Assembly (NCBI GenBank): GCA_965200315.1
Contig: OZ241362.1
Span: 5,152,001 to 5,216,000 of the forward strand
DNA: 64,000 nt
Direction of reading: 5' to 3'
Source: Candidatus Latescibacterota bacterium
GTDB taxonomy: Bacteria > Latescibacterota > UBA2968 > UBA8231
The position numbers and the translations under genes were made by a program. The number at the start of each line of letters is the position of its first letter. Position 1 is the first letter of the stretch. Below, piece after piece: positions 9,669 through 19,422 of this stretch. Under the pieces are notes generated by a model, which did no database searches, was not told the origin of the DNA, and was given only the letters and a program-made list of their open reading frames with translations.

Positions 9669-9697
9669 AAGATACCAAAAACAGGCAAAGAAGTCAA
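9669..9697 (-). promoter_or_regulatory. Putative sigma70 promoter for the transposase
   Basis: Minus strand TTGACT-17 nt-TATCTT just inside the right TIR. Confidence 0.5.
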
Positions 9698-9728
9698 GAA
9701 CTAAAAGACCTTAAAGTAGGAAATTCCG

Positions 9729-9793
9729 CTTTTTAATGCTTGTATCAATCTGCGTACTGTCAGCGAACGAAGTCTGCTATAATCAATGGCCAT
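9729..9793 (-). pseudogene. hicA: HicA toxin, 5' part
   Basis: ATG 9793 lies directly after the hicB stop. Reads MAIDYSRLRSLTVRRLIQALK and continues in frame at 6127 once the IS is removed. Confidence 0.85.
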
Positions 9794-9794
9794 A

Positions 9795-10064
9795 CTAGAT
9801 GGCTACGGCGACCAAAGGAACATCGCTGACCTGAATCTGCGAAGGTGGGTCCGTAGGTATGTCTTCGCCAATTTCTAGCAGATGTGCAACGAGAAGATCA
9901 ACAGCATTTTCTAAATTCTCTAAAGCCTCTTTCTCAGTATATCCCCAACTCGCAGCCCCTTTATGCTCTAGCTCGGGAATATAGGCTCGCCAGACCGCTT
10001 TCTCATCGGGCTCATCGGGCCACTTGTCTTGCTCTAAAACAGCCTGAAACAAATACGTTTTCAT
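9795..10064 (-). CDS. hicB: HicB family antitoxin
   Basis: AYIPEL..GAASWGYTEKEALENLENAV pattern, AGGAGG RBS. Confidence 0.85.
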   Translation of the reverse strand: MKTYLFQAVLEQDKWPDEPDEKAVWRAYIPELEHKGAASWGYTEKEALENLENAVDLLVAHLLEIGEDIPTDPPSQIQVSDVPLVAVAI

Positions 10065-10218
10065 ACATATCCCTCCTTTTTATTCGCGCTTCGGACCCCT
10101 CGACAGGACCCGCCAGCTTCCTCAACTAGTAATAGTTTACAACTCGCGGCAAATAGACCCAAATGTGAAACGGACCGGACGCGATGCCATCATACGACTG
10201 CGGCGCGGCAGCGAAAAA

Positions 10219-11376
10219 CTACGGGTATAGCCGCTTATACAACTGAATAGTTCGCTGGGCCGCGCCTTCCCACGTAAAGGCTGCGGCCCGTTGTCGTCCT
10301 TGGTGCGAGAGCCGTTGGCGAAGCGCAGAATCGGTCAGCAGGCGCTGCATCCCGGCGGCGATGGCGGCGGTGTCGAGCGGATCGACGAGCACCGCATCTT
10401 CTCCGGCGACTTCGACGAGCGACGAACCGTTCGACGTAAGCACCGGACAGCCGCTGGCCATTGCTTCAAGCACGGGCAGCCCGAATCCTTCTATCAGCGA
10501 TGGGAAGGCGAAAAAGAGCGCACGGGCAAGACAGGTGCGGATTTGCTCGTCGCTGAGCTGACCGACCAAGAGCACCCGATCGCTCAGGCCGAGTTGATGC
10601 GCCAGCCGCGCGAGCGCAGCGTTGCCCTCGCCGCGGCCCGCAAACACCAGCGCGAGATCGGGATGGGCCGGGGCGACTTGGGCAAAGGCGCGTACCAGCC
10701 GAGGTAAGTTTTTGTACGGCAAGCTGTTGCCCAAGCCAAAGGCAAAAGGCCGTTCTGCAAGGCTGTCGAGCATATCCTGCTGCACATGGTCTTGAGCGGT
10801 CGCTTTGCCCAAGCCAAACAGGGCCGGTGCCGCGTTGCCCGAATGCCAAGCAGGGGCCACGCCGTGGAGGATGGCGGTTACTTTGTCGGCTGGTACGCCG
10901 TGGTCGAGTGCCGCTTGGCGCGTGCTTGCGGAGACGGCGACGATGTGGTCGGCTGTGGCGATGGCCCGGCGAATGCCGAAGCTGCCTAGGGAGCCCTTGA
11001 CCCAGCGCCGCCAGCGTCGGCCGTCGGCGAGGTGGGGGTGATCAACCCATATCAGGTCGTGTAGGGTGATGACGACGCGCCGAGCGCGTACGCCGATGGG
11101 GAGAAAGTGGAACAGGGAGTGATATACGTCGGCGTCGAGCCCGTTGATGACCCGAGCACCGGCGAGGATGTTGTGCGGCGAGGAAATGTCGTGCGGTGAG
11201 AAAATCTCCCTGAAGTTGGCCTGATCGGCGATGGGACCGTGGCGCGACGGTCGGCGGACGATGATGTACTCGTTTTCGCGGTCCAGCTTGGCGATGTGGC
11301 TGACGAGGTCGGCGGCGTAGCGGCCGAGGCTGGTGGGTACGTCGCGCAGAGAGCGAGCGTCGATGCAGATCCTCAT
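10219..11376 (-). CDS. Glycosyltransferase family 4
   Basis: ITLHDL, YKNLPRL, FPSLIEGFGLPVLEAMASG. Confidence 0.92.
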   Translation of the reverse strand: MRICIDARSLRDVPTSLGRYAADLVSHIAKLDRENEYIIVRRPSRHGPIADQANFREIFSPHDISSPHNILAGARVINGLDADVYHSLFHFLPIGVRARRVVITLHDLIWVDHPHLADGRRWRRWVKGSLGSFGIRRAIATADHIVAVSASTRQAALDHGVPADKVTAILHGVAPAWHSGNAAPALFGLGKATAQDHVQQDMLDSLAERPFAFGLGNSLPYKNLPRLVRAFAQVAPAHPDLALVFAGRGEGNAALARLAHQLGLSDRVLLVGQLSDEQIRTCLARALFFAFPSLIEGFGLPVLEAMASGCPVLTSNGSSLVEVAGEDAVLVDPLDTAAIAAGMQRLLTDSALRQRLSHQGRQRAAAFTWEGAAQRTIQLYKRLYP

Positions 11377-12122
11377 GGGGGGAGGCCGGCACAGTAGTTG
11401 GGGATGTGCGCCAGTGCTGCCCGCGGCCAGACCCGGAAGTCAGCATAGGCGGCCGCGGCGTACCCCCGAGTTGAATTGGCATCGGTGAGCAAGGCGATGC
11501 CAATGGTTTTTTGGGGCAGGTTGGACGACAAGACGCGCTCGTGATCCTTTTCTAGATCGACCCATTCTTGGAGCCATTGCCCCAACTTCTCCGGCCCGCT
11601 TTGGAGCACGACAAACCAAGGGCGGGCAATTCCTTTGCGGCGGGAGACGGTACCCGGAGCCAAGGTCGTGCTCCACACGTATTTGATCTGTCGCGGGATG
11701 CCGAGGAGGTTGCGCGAAAAAATGACGTGTACCCCAGCGGCGCTGTCGTTGGTCTCGGTATAGCGCTCGTCGCCCCCCGGCGGCAGGGCGTCGGCGCGCC
11801 AGCACCAAGTCATAATGGGGTATTGCCGAGGGTCCCAGTGGAATCTCTTCATGAGGACGACCGAGTGGCCGGTGTCCTGTGCGGCTAAATAGCGGCGGCC
11901 GTTGGCCTCGCGGACGGCGTAGAGCTTGGGTTTGTCGTCGTCCTTGCCGCGCCAGCGCCAGGCCCGGGGTAGGCTGTCTAGGGGCGTGGTGGCAAAGTCT
12001 TCGATGACGATGTAGGGGGTGGCTCCGCGCTCACCTCCATCCGGCGGCGCGTTCTGGGCAGAGGCAGTATAGATAGAGAGGACGCAGTAGCCCGCTAGGC
12101 AAGCGAGTATGTGTCGACGCAT
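11373..12122 (-). CDS. DUF3047-like secreted protein
   Basis: Signal peptide, W.WR...LP.GGDE....NDSAA.V.V.F, KYVWS, IALLTDANST. Confidence 0.7.
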   Translation of the reverse strand: MRRHILACLAGYCVLSIYTASAQNAPPDGGERGATPYIVIEDFATTPLDSLPRAWRWRGKDDDKPKLYAVREANGRRYLAAQDTGHSVVLMKRFHWDPRQYPIMTWCWRADALPPGGDERYTETNDSAAGVHVIFSRNLLGIPRQIKYVWSTTLAPGTVSRRKGIARPWFVVLQSGPEKLGQWLQEWVDLEKDHERVLSSNLPQKTIGIALLTDANSTRGYAAAAYADFRVWPRAALAHIPNYCAGLPP

Positions 12123-12140
12123 TGCTCTACCTCTCGCGGG

Positions 12141-13172
12141 TCAGCGCGGATTTTCTTGTTCCTGCAGCATCGTTAAGGCCGTTGTGGGGCGGCGCTGGAG
12201 CGCGGTGCGGCTCATGTAGCTGAGAAAAGTCCAGCCGATGAAAATCCAGAACACGCGGCGCAGACGGCGCGTAAGACCCAAAGACAGGCCCAAAGACGGG
12301 TCTAACCCCAAGCTGGAAAACAAGAATACGAGGCCGCCTTCCATGACCCCGATATTGGAGGGCATGAAGAAAAACAGGCCGTTGATGACCGCGCCCAAGG
12401 CGTTGAGCAGAAAACAAAACCAAAAACCAATACCCGCGTCCAGTGCCCAGAGGATGGCGTAGGTCTCACAGGTGCCCATAAACCAGCCGATGCTCTGAAA
12501 GAACAAGGCGCGCAGGAAGCGGGTGCGGTGAGTGCGGTAAAAGGCCCCGATGTTGGTGTCGATGCGCGCCGCGCGTCCCATGTTGCGCTCGATTATGTCG
12601 GTGCGCAAGCCGGCCGAGCGGAGCAGTTTGAGCAGGGACGTGAACAGGTGCTCTTGACGCTTGTAGAAAACCCAGAAGGCCGCCAAGCTGACGATGAGCA
12701 GACACGCGAACAAGATCCGGTATTCCAAGGGGATAAGCTCGGACACGTCGTGGTAGTAGAACAACAGCCCTAGGCCGAGGACGGTAAAAGACAGGCCAAC
12801 CGCAATTTGCGCGGTTTTGTCGACGACCACCGAGGCCATGCCGCGCGGGCCGGGTGTTCGGTGAGTGAGCAAATAGGCCTTGACTGGCTCGCCGCCGAGA
12901 TTGGCCAGCGGCGTGAGTTGATTAACTGCCTCGCCGGCCAGCTTGGCCGCAAAAAGGGTGGGTAGCCGCGGTTTGAAGGCGTCGGGCGGGAAGGCGAAGT
13001 TCCAAGCGATAGTGTTGGAGAGGTGCCAAGCGCATGAGGGCAGCAACAGCAAGGGGAACGTCCACTTGATCGCATCTAAGTGGTGGAGGACCTCATCAGC
13101 CCCGAGCTCGCCGACGAGATAGCCCAGCAGCAGGAAGCCAAAGGCGACCATGAAAATTTGCAAAGCTTTCAC
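12141..13172 (-). CDS. Lysylphosphatidylglycerol-synthase TM-domain (flippase-like) membrane protein
   Basis: Multiple TM helices, GEAVNQLTP..LGGEPVK, P..IGVMEGG. GTG start overlaps the upstream TGA. Confidence 0.8.
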   Translation of the reverse strand: MKALQIFMVAFGFLLLGYLVGELGADEVLHHLDAIKWTFPLLLLPSCAWHLSNTIAWNFAFPPDAFKPRLPTLFAAKLAGEAVNQLTPLANLGGEPVKAYLLTHRTPGPRGMASVVVDKTAQIAVGLSFTVLGLGLLFYYHDVSELIPLEYRILFACLLIVSLAAFWVFYKRQEHLFTSLLKLLRSAGLRTDIIERNMGRAARIDTNIGAFYRTHRTRFLRALFFQSIGWFMGTCETYAILWALDAGIGFWFCFLLNALGAVINGLFFFMPSNIGVMEGGLVFLFSSLGLDPSLGLSLGLTRRLRRVFWIFIGWTFLSYMSRTALQRRPTTALTMLQEQENPR

Positions 13173-14455
13173 GCGGGATCCTCTCGGTTGACGGCCGGTG
13201 CCGGAAGCGCGGCAATCTGCCGCTCGGCGGCGCGCTGGTTGCCCGTCAGCCGGTAGTGGGTGGTCAAAACGCCGAGGGCCGCCGCGTGCAGCAGGACGAC
13301 GAGGAGCCAATAAACAACCGATAATAGATTGGCCACCAAGCCGATGGCAATGAACAATGAGAGGAAGTCCCGCTTGGTAATAAAACCGGTGCGCTCTAGA
13401 AAGCGATAGCTCCAGTCCTTTTCGCCATCGGACACCTTGTTGGATAGGTCGCCGAGGTAGTACTGCAGGCTGCCGCTGCCGGTTTTCAGGGCGTAGCTGT
13501 AGAGCAGGGCTAAGGTCAAGACCAGCGAGGCGATGGCGGAGACGCCGGCGTAGATGGGCAAGTAGTTGTCGGGATCGAGCCGCCACATACCAGCCATCAG
13601 CGCGGCGTATCCGAAGAGATAGGCAAGGTTGTCGGTGACCGTGTCGAACCATGCGCCGAATTTGGTCTCGGCCAGCTTGACGCGGGCTATTTCGCCGTCG
13701 CAGCCGTCGAGGATAGAGGCGAGTTGCCAGAGGATACCGCCACAGGCAAGCCGCAGGTAGTCGTCGGGCTGCGACGCCAGATAGGCGGCGAACAGACCCG
13801 GGCACAGGACCATGCAGAAGGTCACCATGTTGGGCGAGATGCCAGTATTGATGATGAGCTTGCTGATGGGCACGGAGATGTGCACGTTGAGCAGGCGCGC
13901 TACCGTGCCGCTGGTGGCCTTGCTCACTTGGTCGAAGAGCATGGTCTTAGCGGCGCGTGCGCTGCGCTTGTCGGTCACGCGTTGCCACAGGTGCGGCGCG
14001 ATGTCTTCGCGTCGCTGCGGACGCGCTGCGAGCGAACTCCAGATGTCGCCGGTTAGCATATCCGAGGACAACGCGCCCGTAGCGCAGAGGAACGCCCCGC
14101 TGCTGGTGCCTTGGCTGGCTTGGGCGACGAGGTCGTCTCGCTGTAGGCCCGCGTCAATGAGGGCTTGCAGCGAGGAATGGTGGTGGACGCAATCGCCCCT
14201 GAGTAGCAGCAAGGGGGCGTTGGGTAGGCGAGCGGCCTCAGGGGTGGTTTGCTCTATTTGGATGTCGAGGTCGGGGGTTAAGGACTTGCTGCTGGGGGCG
14301 TGGCCGGGGGGAAGCACGACCAAGACGCGCTCGATGCCCACGCGGGCCAAGGTGCGAACCCCGCGTTGGAGGAGGGTGCGGCCAGCAACCTGCACATCGG
14401 TTGCCGCGCCAGCGGGAAAGACCAAAATTCCTTGTTCAATTGCGCGCTTTCGCAT
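13169..14455 (-). CDS. CDP-alcohol phosphatidyltransferase with degenerate N-terminal NTP-transferase-like domain
   Basis: SPNMVT and LDGCDGEIARVK..ETKFGAWFDTVTD signature. Confidence 0.85.
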   Translation of the reverse strand: MRKRAIEQGILVFPAGAATDVQVAGRTLLQRGVRTLARVGIERVLVVLPPGHAPSSKSLTPDLDIQIEQTTPEAARLPNAPLLLLRGDCVHHHSSLQALIDAGLQRDDLVAQASQGTSSGAFLCATGALSSDMLTGDIWSSLAARPQRREDIAPHLWQRVTDKRSARAAKTMLFDQVSKATSGTVARLLNVHISVPISKLIINTGISPNMVTFCMVLCPGLFAAYLASQPDDYLRLACGGILWQLASILDGCDGEIARVKLAETKFGAWFDTVTDNLAYLFGYAALMAGMWRLDPDNYLPIYAGVSAIASLVLTLALLYSYALKTGSGSLQYYLGDLSNKVSDGEKDWSYRFLERTGFITKRDFLSLFIAIGLVANLLSVVYWLLVVLLHAAALGVLTTHYRLTGNQRAAERQIAALPAPAVNREDPA

Positions 14456-14593
14456 GCGTTTGCCGTTCACATTTGGGGATGTAAATAAAAGAAGCACTTT
14501 ATAGAGAAACTCCTAGTATAAGGAATTTTGCATCGTTTGTCGGACCTTAAATTCACGTGACTATTGTGTTACAATGGACAAAAAAGGCGCGTC

Positions 14594-17133
14594 ATGGGGG
14601 TTAAGGCTTGCGCGTGGCTGCTTCTAATCTGCTGGGCGACGGCTGGCAGTGCCCAACGACAGAGTTGGCAAATCGGCGGTGCGGGCTTGGCTTGGAGCGA
14701 GGGCGATTCCTTGGTGGTGCTCGTCGATTTTGACTCGGTGCCCGGCGCGATTCAGCCCGTCTATATCGAGCCTGACAAGAGCTTGCTCTCGCTTTTTACC
14801 GGCTGGGAACCACTCAAAGAGCCGCGCGAGTTGACCTATGTCGAAGGCGAGACGCCACGGGCTTGGAAGGGGTCGCAGGGCAACGAGACCCCCGCCCACA
14901 ATGGGACCTATATGGTTGATGGCGACAGCATGACCTTTAACCCGCCGGTGTCGTCCAATCCCGAGTCGGTTTGGTACACTATCGATTTAGCCGTGCCAGT
15001 ACCGGCGCACCGCTTTGGTTTTTTTACGCCGCCGCGCGGCTTCCGCGCCGACGGCATTCCCTTTGCCCAAGATGCTGTTCCTGCTTACGAAGTTTCCATT
15101 GCGGCGGAAGGCGACCCGAGTTGGCTGGTGGGCAATCAGCCGTATCGGCGCATTGGCCCGCTAATCGCCGCTGTCGCCGAAAACTTTGCCGCCCGGGTGC
15201 AAATTGAGTTTCCGAGGCAATACGTGCGCTTTGTGCGCTACAAGCGGAAGACGTCGCTGTTGGATTCGGCCGAGGGGCAGACCTATAGTACCGGCTCTGG
15301 GGCGGCGTTCAAAGGCTCGATCGGCGATTTTGAGCTTTTCGGCGCGGGCGTACCGCGCCGGGTGGTGTACCGCTCGCGGATTTTCGACTTAGGTGCGCCC
15401 CGCAATTTCGGTCGTCTTTTTTGGGCGGCGACGCCGCTGCGCGTGGTTGATGGGGCACTGGTGGAGGCGTCCGATGCCGAAGTAGGGGTGGAGGTGGAAG
15501 TGCGCACGGGGCGCGACGGGGATCCGAACATCTACCAAGAGTACACGGACCGCGGCGGCGAAGAAGTGGTGACGCGCGAGCGCTACGATTCGGTGCTACA
15601 GCCGCGCTGGCGCGCCGGTCGCCTGCGCGATCCCCGGCCGGGAATGCGCGCCTCTATTCAGTACGATAGCGACAATTGGTCTTTTTGGTCGCTGCCCTTT
15701 GCCGAGTCAGGGCAGGCGATTGACCTCAAGGGGGGGACTCATTTTCAGTTGCGGATCACGCTCAAAAGCGAGGACTTTGCCGCATTTGTGCGGCTGGACT
15801 CACTGTGGATTGAGACCGCGCCGCTTTTGGCCCGCCGGGTCTTGGGAGAGGTCGCGCTGTTGGGCGATGCCCAGCCGGCGGGAGGCTTGACCCAAGTGCC
15901 GTTGGGGGCGGCGGAGTTCGCCTACGATATTCGCGGCGAATTCACCGGTGAGGGGGCCGGCTTTGACGCGCTGAGGATTCGCACCGGGACGCGGGCTGCG
16001 TTTACTCGGCTAGAGATGGGGGAGCCCCCTAGAGTGGTTGAGCCGGTTGCAGTCACCGAGGGCGACGAGGAACTAGCGGTGGTGTTGCCGGAGCGGATCG
16101 GGCCGGGGTACGCGGCCGGTGCGCGCGTCGTCTTTGTCGCCGATGTGTTCTCGCTGGCTTGGACGTTCTCGGGCGAGGTTTATAATGACGGCGTCGATGC
16201 GCTGCCCCAGCCCATCGAACCGGGCGATGCCAGCGCCGAACTGGGGACCAATAGTCTGCGGGTCTTGGGGATGGCCGGACAAGGCGATGGGCCGGTGGTG
16301 GGATTGGATTTTTCCACTAGGGTGCTGACGCCCAATGGCGACGGGGTCCACGACGAGGTCGAGATCGGCTATGCGCTGGTAGGACTGCCCGAGGATGTCC
16401 CCGTGGTGTTCAAGGTGTATTCGCTCGACGGGAGGCGAGTAGCCAAGCGGTCATTAGGTGCGCAGCGCTCTGGTGCGCAGCGGGTGCGCTGGGATGGGCG
16501 CGATGAGGACGGAGCCGAGGACCTGCACGTGGCTCCCTCCGTAGATGCGCTGGCGATTGAATTTGTCGATGCTTTGGTACAAGAAGCGCGCGGACGAATC
16601 TGGCCGCGTGAGGCCCGGCTCAACGAGGATACGCGCTTTACCTATAAGCTGTGGACGGACGCCGACGAGCAGGACAGTGGCTTCGATCTTCTGCGCTTTC
16701 ACATGCCCGGCGCGACCACAGGTAACGTGGTCCTGCGGATCGGCGGGGAGGAGGTAGCGCCCGCGGCGGTGAGATTGCACGGCGATTCACTGTGGGTCTC
16801 GTTGCCGCGCACAGTGGTCGCCGATTCGGTGGAGGTGGATTTTACGGCGCGGCTTTGGGACAACGCTGCGCTGTTCGCGCTCGACTTGGGCATGAGGGAG
16901 CGCCTTGGTATCTGGCAGTCGGTGATGCCGAGCGAGCGTCGGGCCAATCTGCGCTCGTCGGTCGGTTGGTGGCGCAGCCCGCTGGAAGCGAGGGGGTTGG
17001 ACGCTGGCACTTTCGCTGGTCGGGGCAGACTGCCAATGGCGCGTTGGCGTTGCCGGGAATTTACCTCTGCCGGATTGACCCGGGGACGAGCGGTAGCGCG
17101 GCGATTTTGCGGCCTCTCGCCTTGGCCTATTAG
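14594..17133 (+). pseudogene. Secreted FlgD/T9SS-CTD protein fused by deletion to the C-terminal remnant of a paralogue
   Basis: Signal peptide, then LTPNGDGVHD...WDGRDEDG which breaks off at ~16513. It continues as a second paralogue segment and frameshifts at ~16950 into ...WSGQTANGALALPGIYLCRI...ALAY* (17133). Confidence 0.65.
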
Positions 17134-17165
17134 TTCCTCAACCCGAAAAAGCAAAGGGAGATAGC

Positions 17166-18191
17166 ATGGCGGTTAAGACGTGTTTGATGATCGGTGCCAG
17201 CGGCATGGCTGGTGGTTGGATCGAGCGGATGACCCAGCAACTCGGCGACCGGATCCAGATCGTCGGCTTGGTGGATGTCAACGAGGAAGTGCTGGCAGCG
17301 CAGGGAGCCAAGCTCGGCTTGGGTGCCAATCAGCTCTTTGCCGATTACCAAGAGGCTTGCGCCAAGGTGCCGGCCGATTTCTGCGGCATTGCCACTCCGC
17401 CGCAATTCCACAGCCCGCAGGCTATTGCCGCGCTGGAAGCGGGGATGCCGGTTATCTGCGAGAAGCCGATTGCCGATACGCTGGCCGCGGCCAAGGCCAT
17501 GGCCGCCAAGGCCGAGGAGACGGGGTTGCCGTGCGCGATTATCCAGAATTACCGCTACGCGCCCAACAAGCAGGAGGTGGTGCGGATCCGCGAGGAAGGG
17601 CGACTGGGGAGGCTACAGCACATCGTCGGCCGCTACGCCTGCGACTATCGCCAATACAAGGCATGGGGCAAGGAGTGGCGACACGACATGGATTTCAGCC
17701 TGCTCTTTGAGGGTTCGGTGCATCATTTCGATATGATGCGCTTTTTGGCCGGAGGGGATTGCGAGGTGTTGCAAGGGTTTGGGTGGAACCCGGCGTGGTC
17801 GAGTTTTAAGCACTATTCGAGCGGGTTTTATCTGATGAGGATGGACAATGGAGTACACACGGCGTACGAAGGGAACAGTTCGGCGGCGGGGATTACGAGC
17901 TGTTGGCACCGCGAGTACTATCGCTTGGAGTTCGAGGAGGGGACGGTGGAAATAGGGGCGGGAGACGAGGTGCGAATTTATCGGGTGGGGCAGGAGGTCG
18001 AGGTGTATGCGGCACCGGCCATGGAGTGGACCAGTCACGGCTATTTGTTCAAGGAGTTTGTGGATTGGCTGGCGGGGGGCAAGGCGTCGGCGACGAGGAT
18101 TGAAGATAATTTGCAGAGTTTCGCGCTGGTGATTGCGGCGCTGGAGACGACGGTGGATGGACAGCCCAAGCGAATTGCGGATTATGTGTAA
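17166..18191 (+). CDS. Gfo/Idh/MocA family oxidoreductase
   Basis: IATPPQFH, ICEKPIA, EGSVHHFD. Confidence 0.9.
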   Translation: MAVKTCLMIGASGMAGGWIERMTQQLGDRIQIVGLVDVNEEVLAAQGAKLGLGANQLFADYQEACAKVPADFCGIATPPQFHSPQAIAALEAGMPVICEKPIADTLAAAKAMAAKAEETGLPCAIIQNYRYAPNKQEVVRIREEGRLGRLQHIVGRYACDYRQYKAWGKEWRHDMDFSLLFEGSVHHFDMMRFLAGGDCEVLQGFGWNPAWSSFKHYSSGFYLMRMDNGVHTAYEGNSSAAGITSCWHREYYRLEFEEGTVEIGAGDEVRIYRVGQEVEVYAAPAMEWTSHGYLFKEFVDWLAGGKASATRIEDNLQSFALVIAALETTVDGQPKRIADYV

Positions 18192-18269
18192 GAAGCAATC
18201 CGCTTGGGAGCATCTGCCGTTGCTTCTGAACTGATTGCTGGAAGCGCCGGTCTAGCCGTCGTTGCCACC

Positions 18270-19410
18270 ACGTCGCGGTAATCGCGCCCGACGGCGATGT
18301 GTACTTTCCCCCCGCGCCGGCCAAGCTCTGGTTGGTCGGGTCGAAGCCGACCCAGCCCAGCTCTGGCAGCCGGCATTCGACCCAAGCGTGCGTGGCGTTG
18401 CTTGACGCCTGCTCGCCGGGGTTCAGGTAGCCCGAGACATAGCGGGCGGGGATGCCCAAGAGCGCGCAATGGCGAGCATGAGATGGGCGTAGTCTTGGCA
18501 GACGCCGCGACCGGTTTTGAGGATGTGCTCGACGGGGGATTCCGCTGTGGTGCTGCCCGGGATGTATTGCAAGCAGTCGTGGAGCGCCGTAGTCACGAGT
18601 GTGTGGAGCTTCCGGCACTCCTCGCCCACTTGCGCGAGGAGTGCTTCCCGATCTTCTCGGTCCGGCCACTCGTAGCGGATTAGAGTACACAGCCGGCCGG
18701 CGAGCCGCTCGGCCGCGGCTCCCGCGTGCGAGTCAGGGCTTTCGCTAATAGCAGCCAACTCCGCCGCCAGCACGTCGAGCGCACAGCACAATGAGCTGGG
18801 CAGCAGGGGATCGGTAACGAGCACCTCTATTACCCGATCCGGCTGAATCTCAATGCTGTAGCTGCGCTTGTAGGCGTAGAATGCTTGGCATGAACGCAAC
18901 AGGCTCGTCCAGTCTGTGTCCGCAGTCTCGCCCTGGGGACGGCTGGCGGCGAACTGGGCGAGGAGCAATGCGACTAAAAGCTGGGCGCGCTCGATGAACC
19001 AGCCAAGCCGCATGAAGTGCCAGCCCTCGTCGCGGTACATGGTCGCGTCGGCCACACCGGTGAAGGTGTTGATCTCCTGAGTGGTCTCCGCGTAGAAGCT
19101 CTCTGCAAGCGCAGCAGACGGCACAAATGTTCGGCCCGCTCGAGGTAGCGGCCCATCCAGTACAGCCCTTGAGCACTGCGCGAGAGCATTCCACGTCCTC
19201 TAGGAAGCGGTTCAGTGCGCTGATGCGCTGGGTTAGGCCGCTTTCTATATGCCGCCACTCGGCACCCGAGAGGATCCGGGGTACGCAGTCGATGGGAATG
19301 ATGCGCTCGTCGGCCTCGTCGTCGCCATAGACTGTGAAGGTGATGCCTTCGGTGGAGAAGGAGTGCGTTACGCGCTCTTGGATCGCGCCGAGTTCTTCGG
19401 CGGAAAGCCG
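18270..19410 (-). pseudogene. Collapsed circularly permuted ATP-grasp / alpha-E / transglutaminase operon remnant
   Basis: Successive fragments are EGITFTVYG...ERIIPIDCVPR...GLTQR..ALNRFLED, then MLSRSAQGLYWMGRYLERAE, then DATMYRDEGWHFMRLG..IERA, then GVCQDYAH...PARYVSGYL...HAWVE...GFDPTN...GRDYRDV. Frameshifts and fusions lie between them. Confidence 0.85.
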
Positions 19411-19422
19411 CTCCGGGCCGCC

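Larger units (their letters stand above)
6134..9728. mobile_element. IS1595-family transposon with passenger genes (3595 bp)
   Basis: 24-bp terminal inverted repeats CGGAATTTCCTA(A/C)TTTAAGGTCTT at 6134-6157 and 9705-9728 (1 mismatch). Flanking 6-bp direct repeat CTTTTT at 6128-6133 and 9729-9734. Encodes a transposase. Confidence 0.92.

Noticed and set aside
13173-13805. N-terminal extension making a 554-aa ORF (12141..13805)
   Set aside because: It overlaps the CDP-alcohol transferase in another frame and is Arg-rich nonsense. The true start is GTG 13172.
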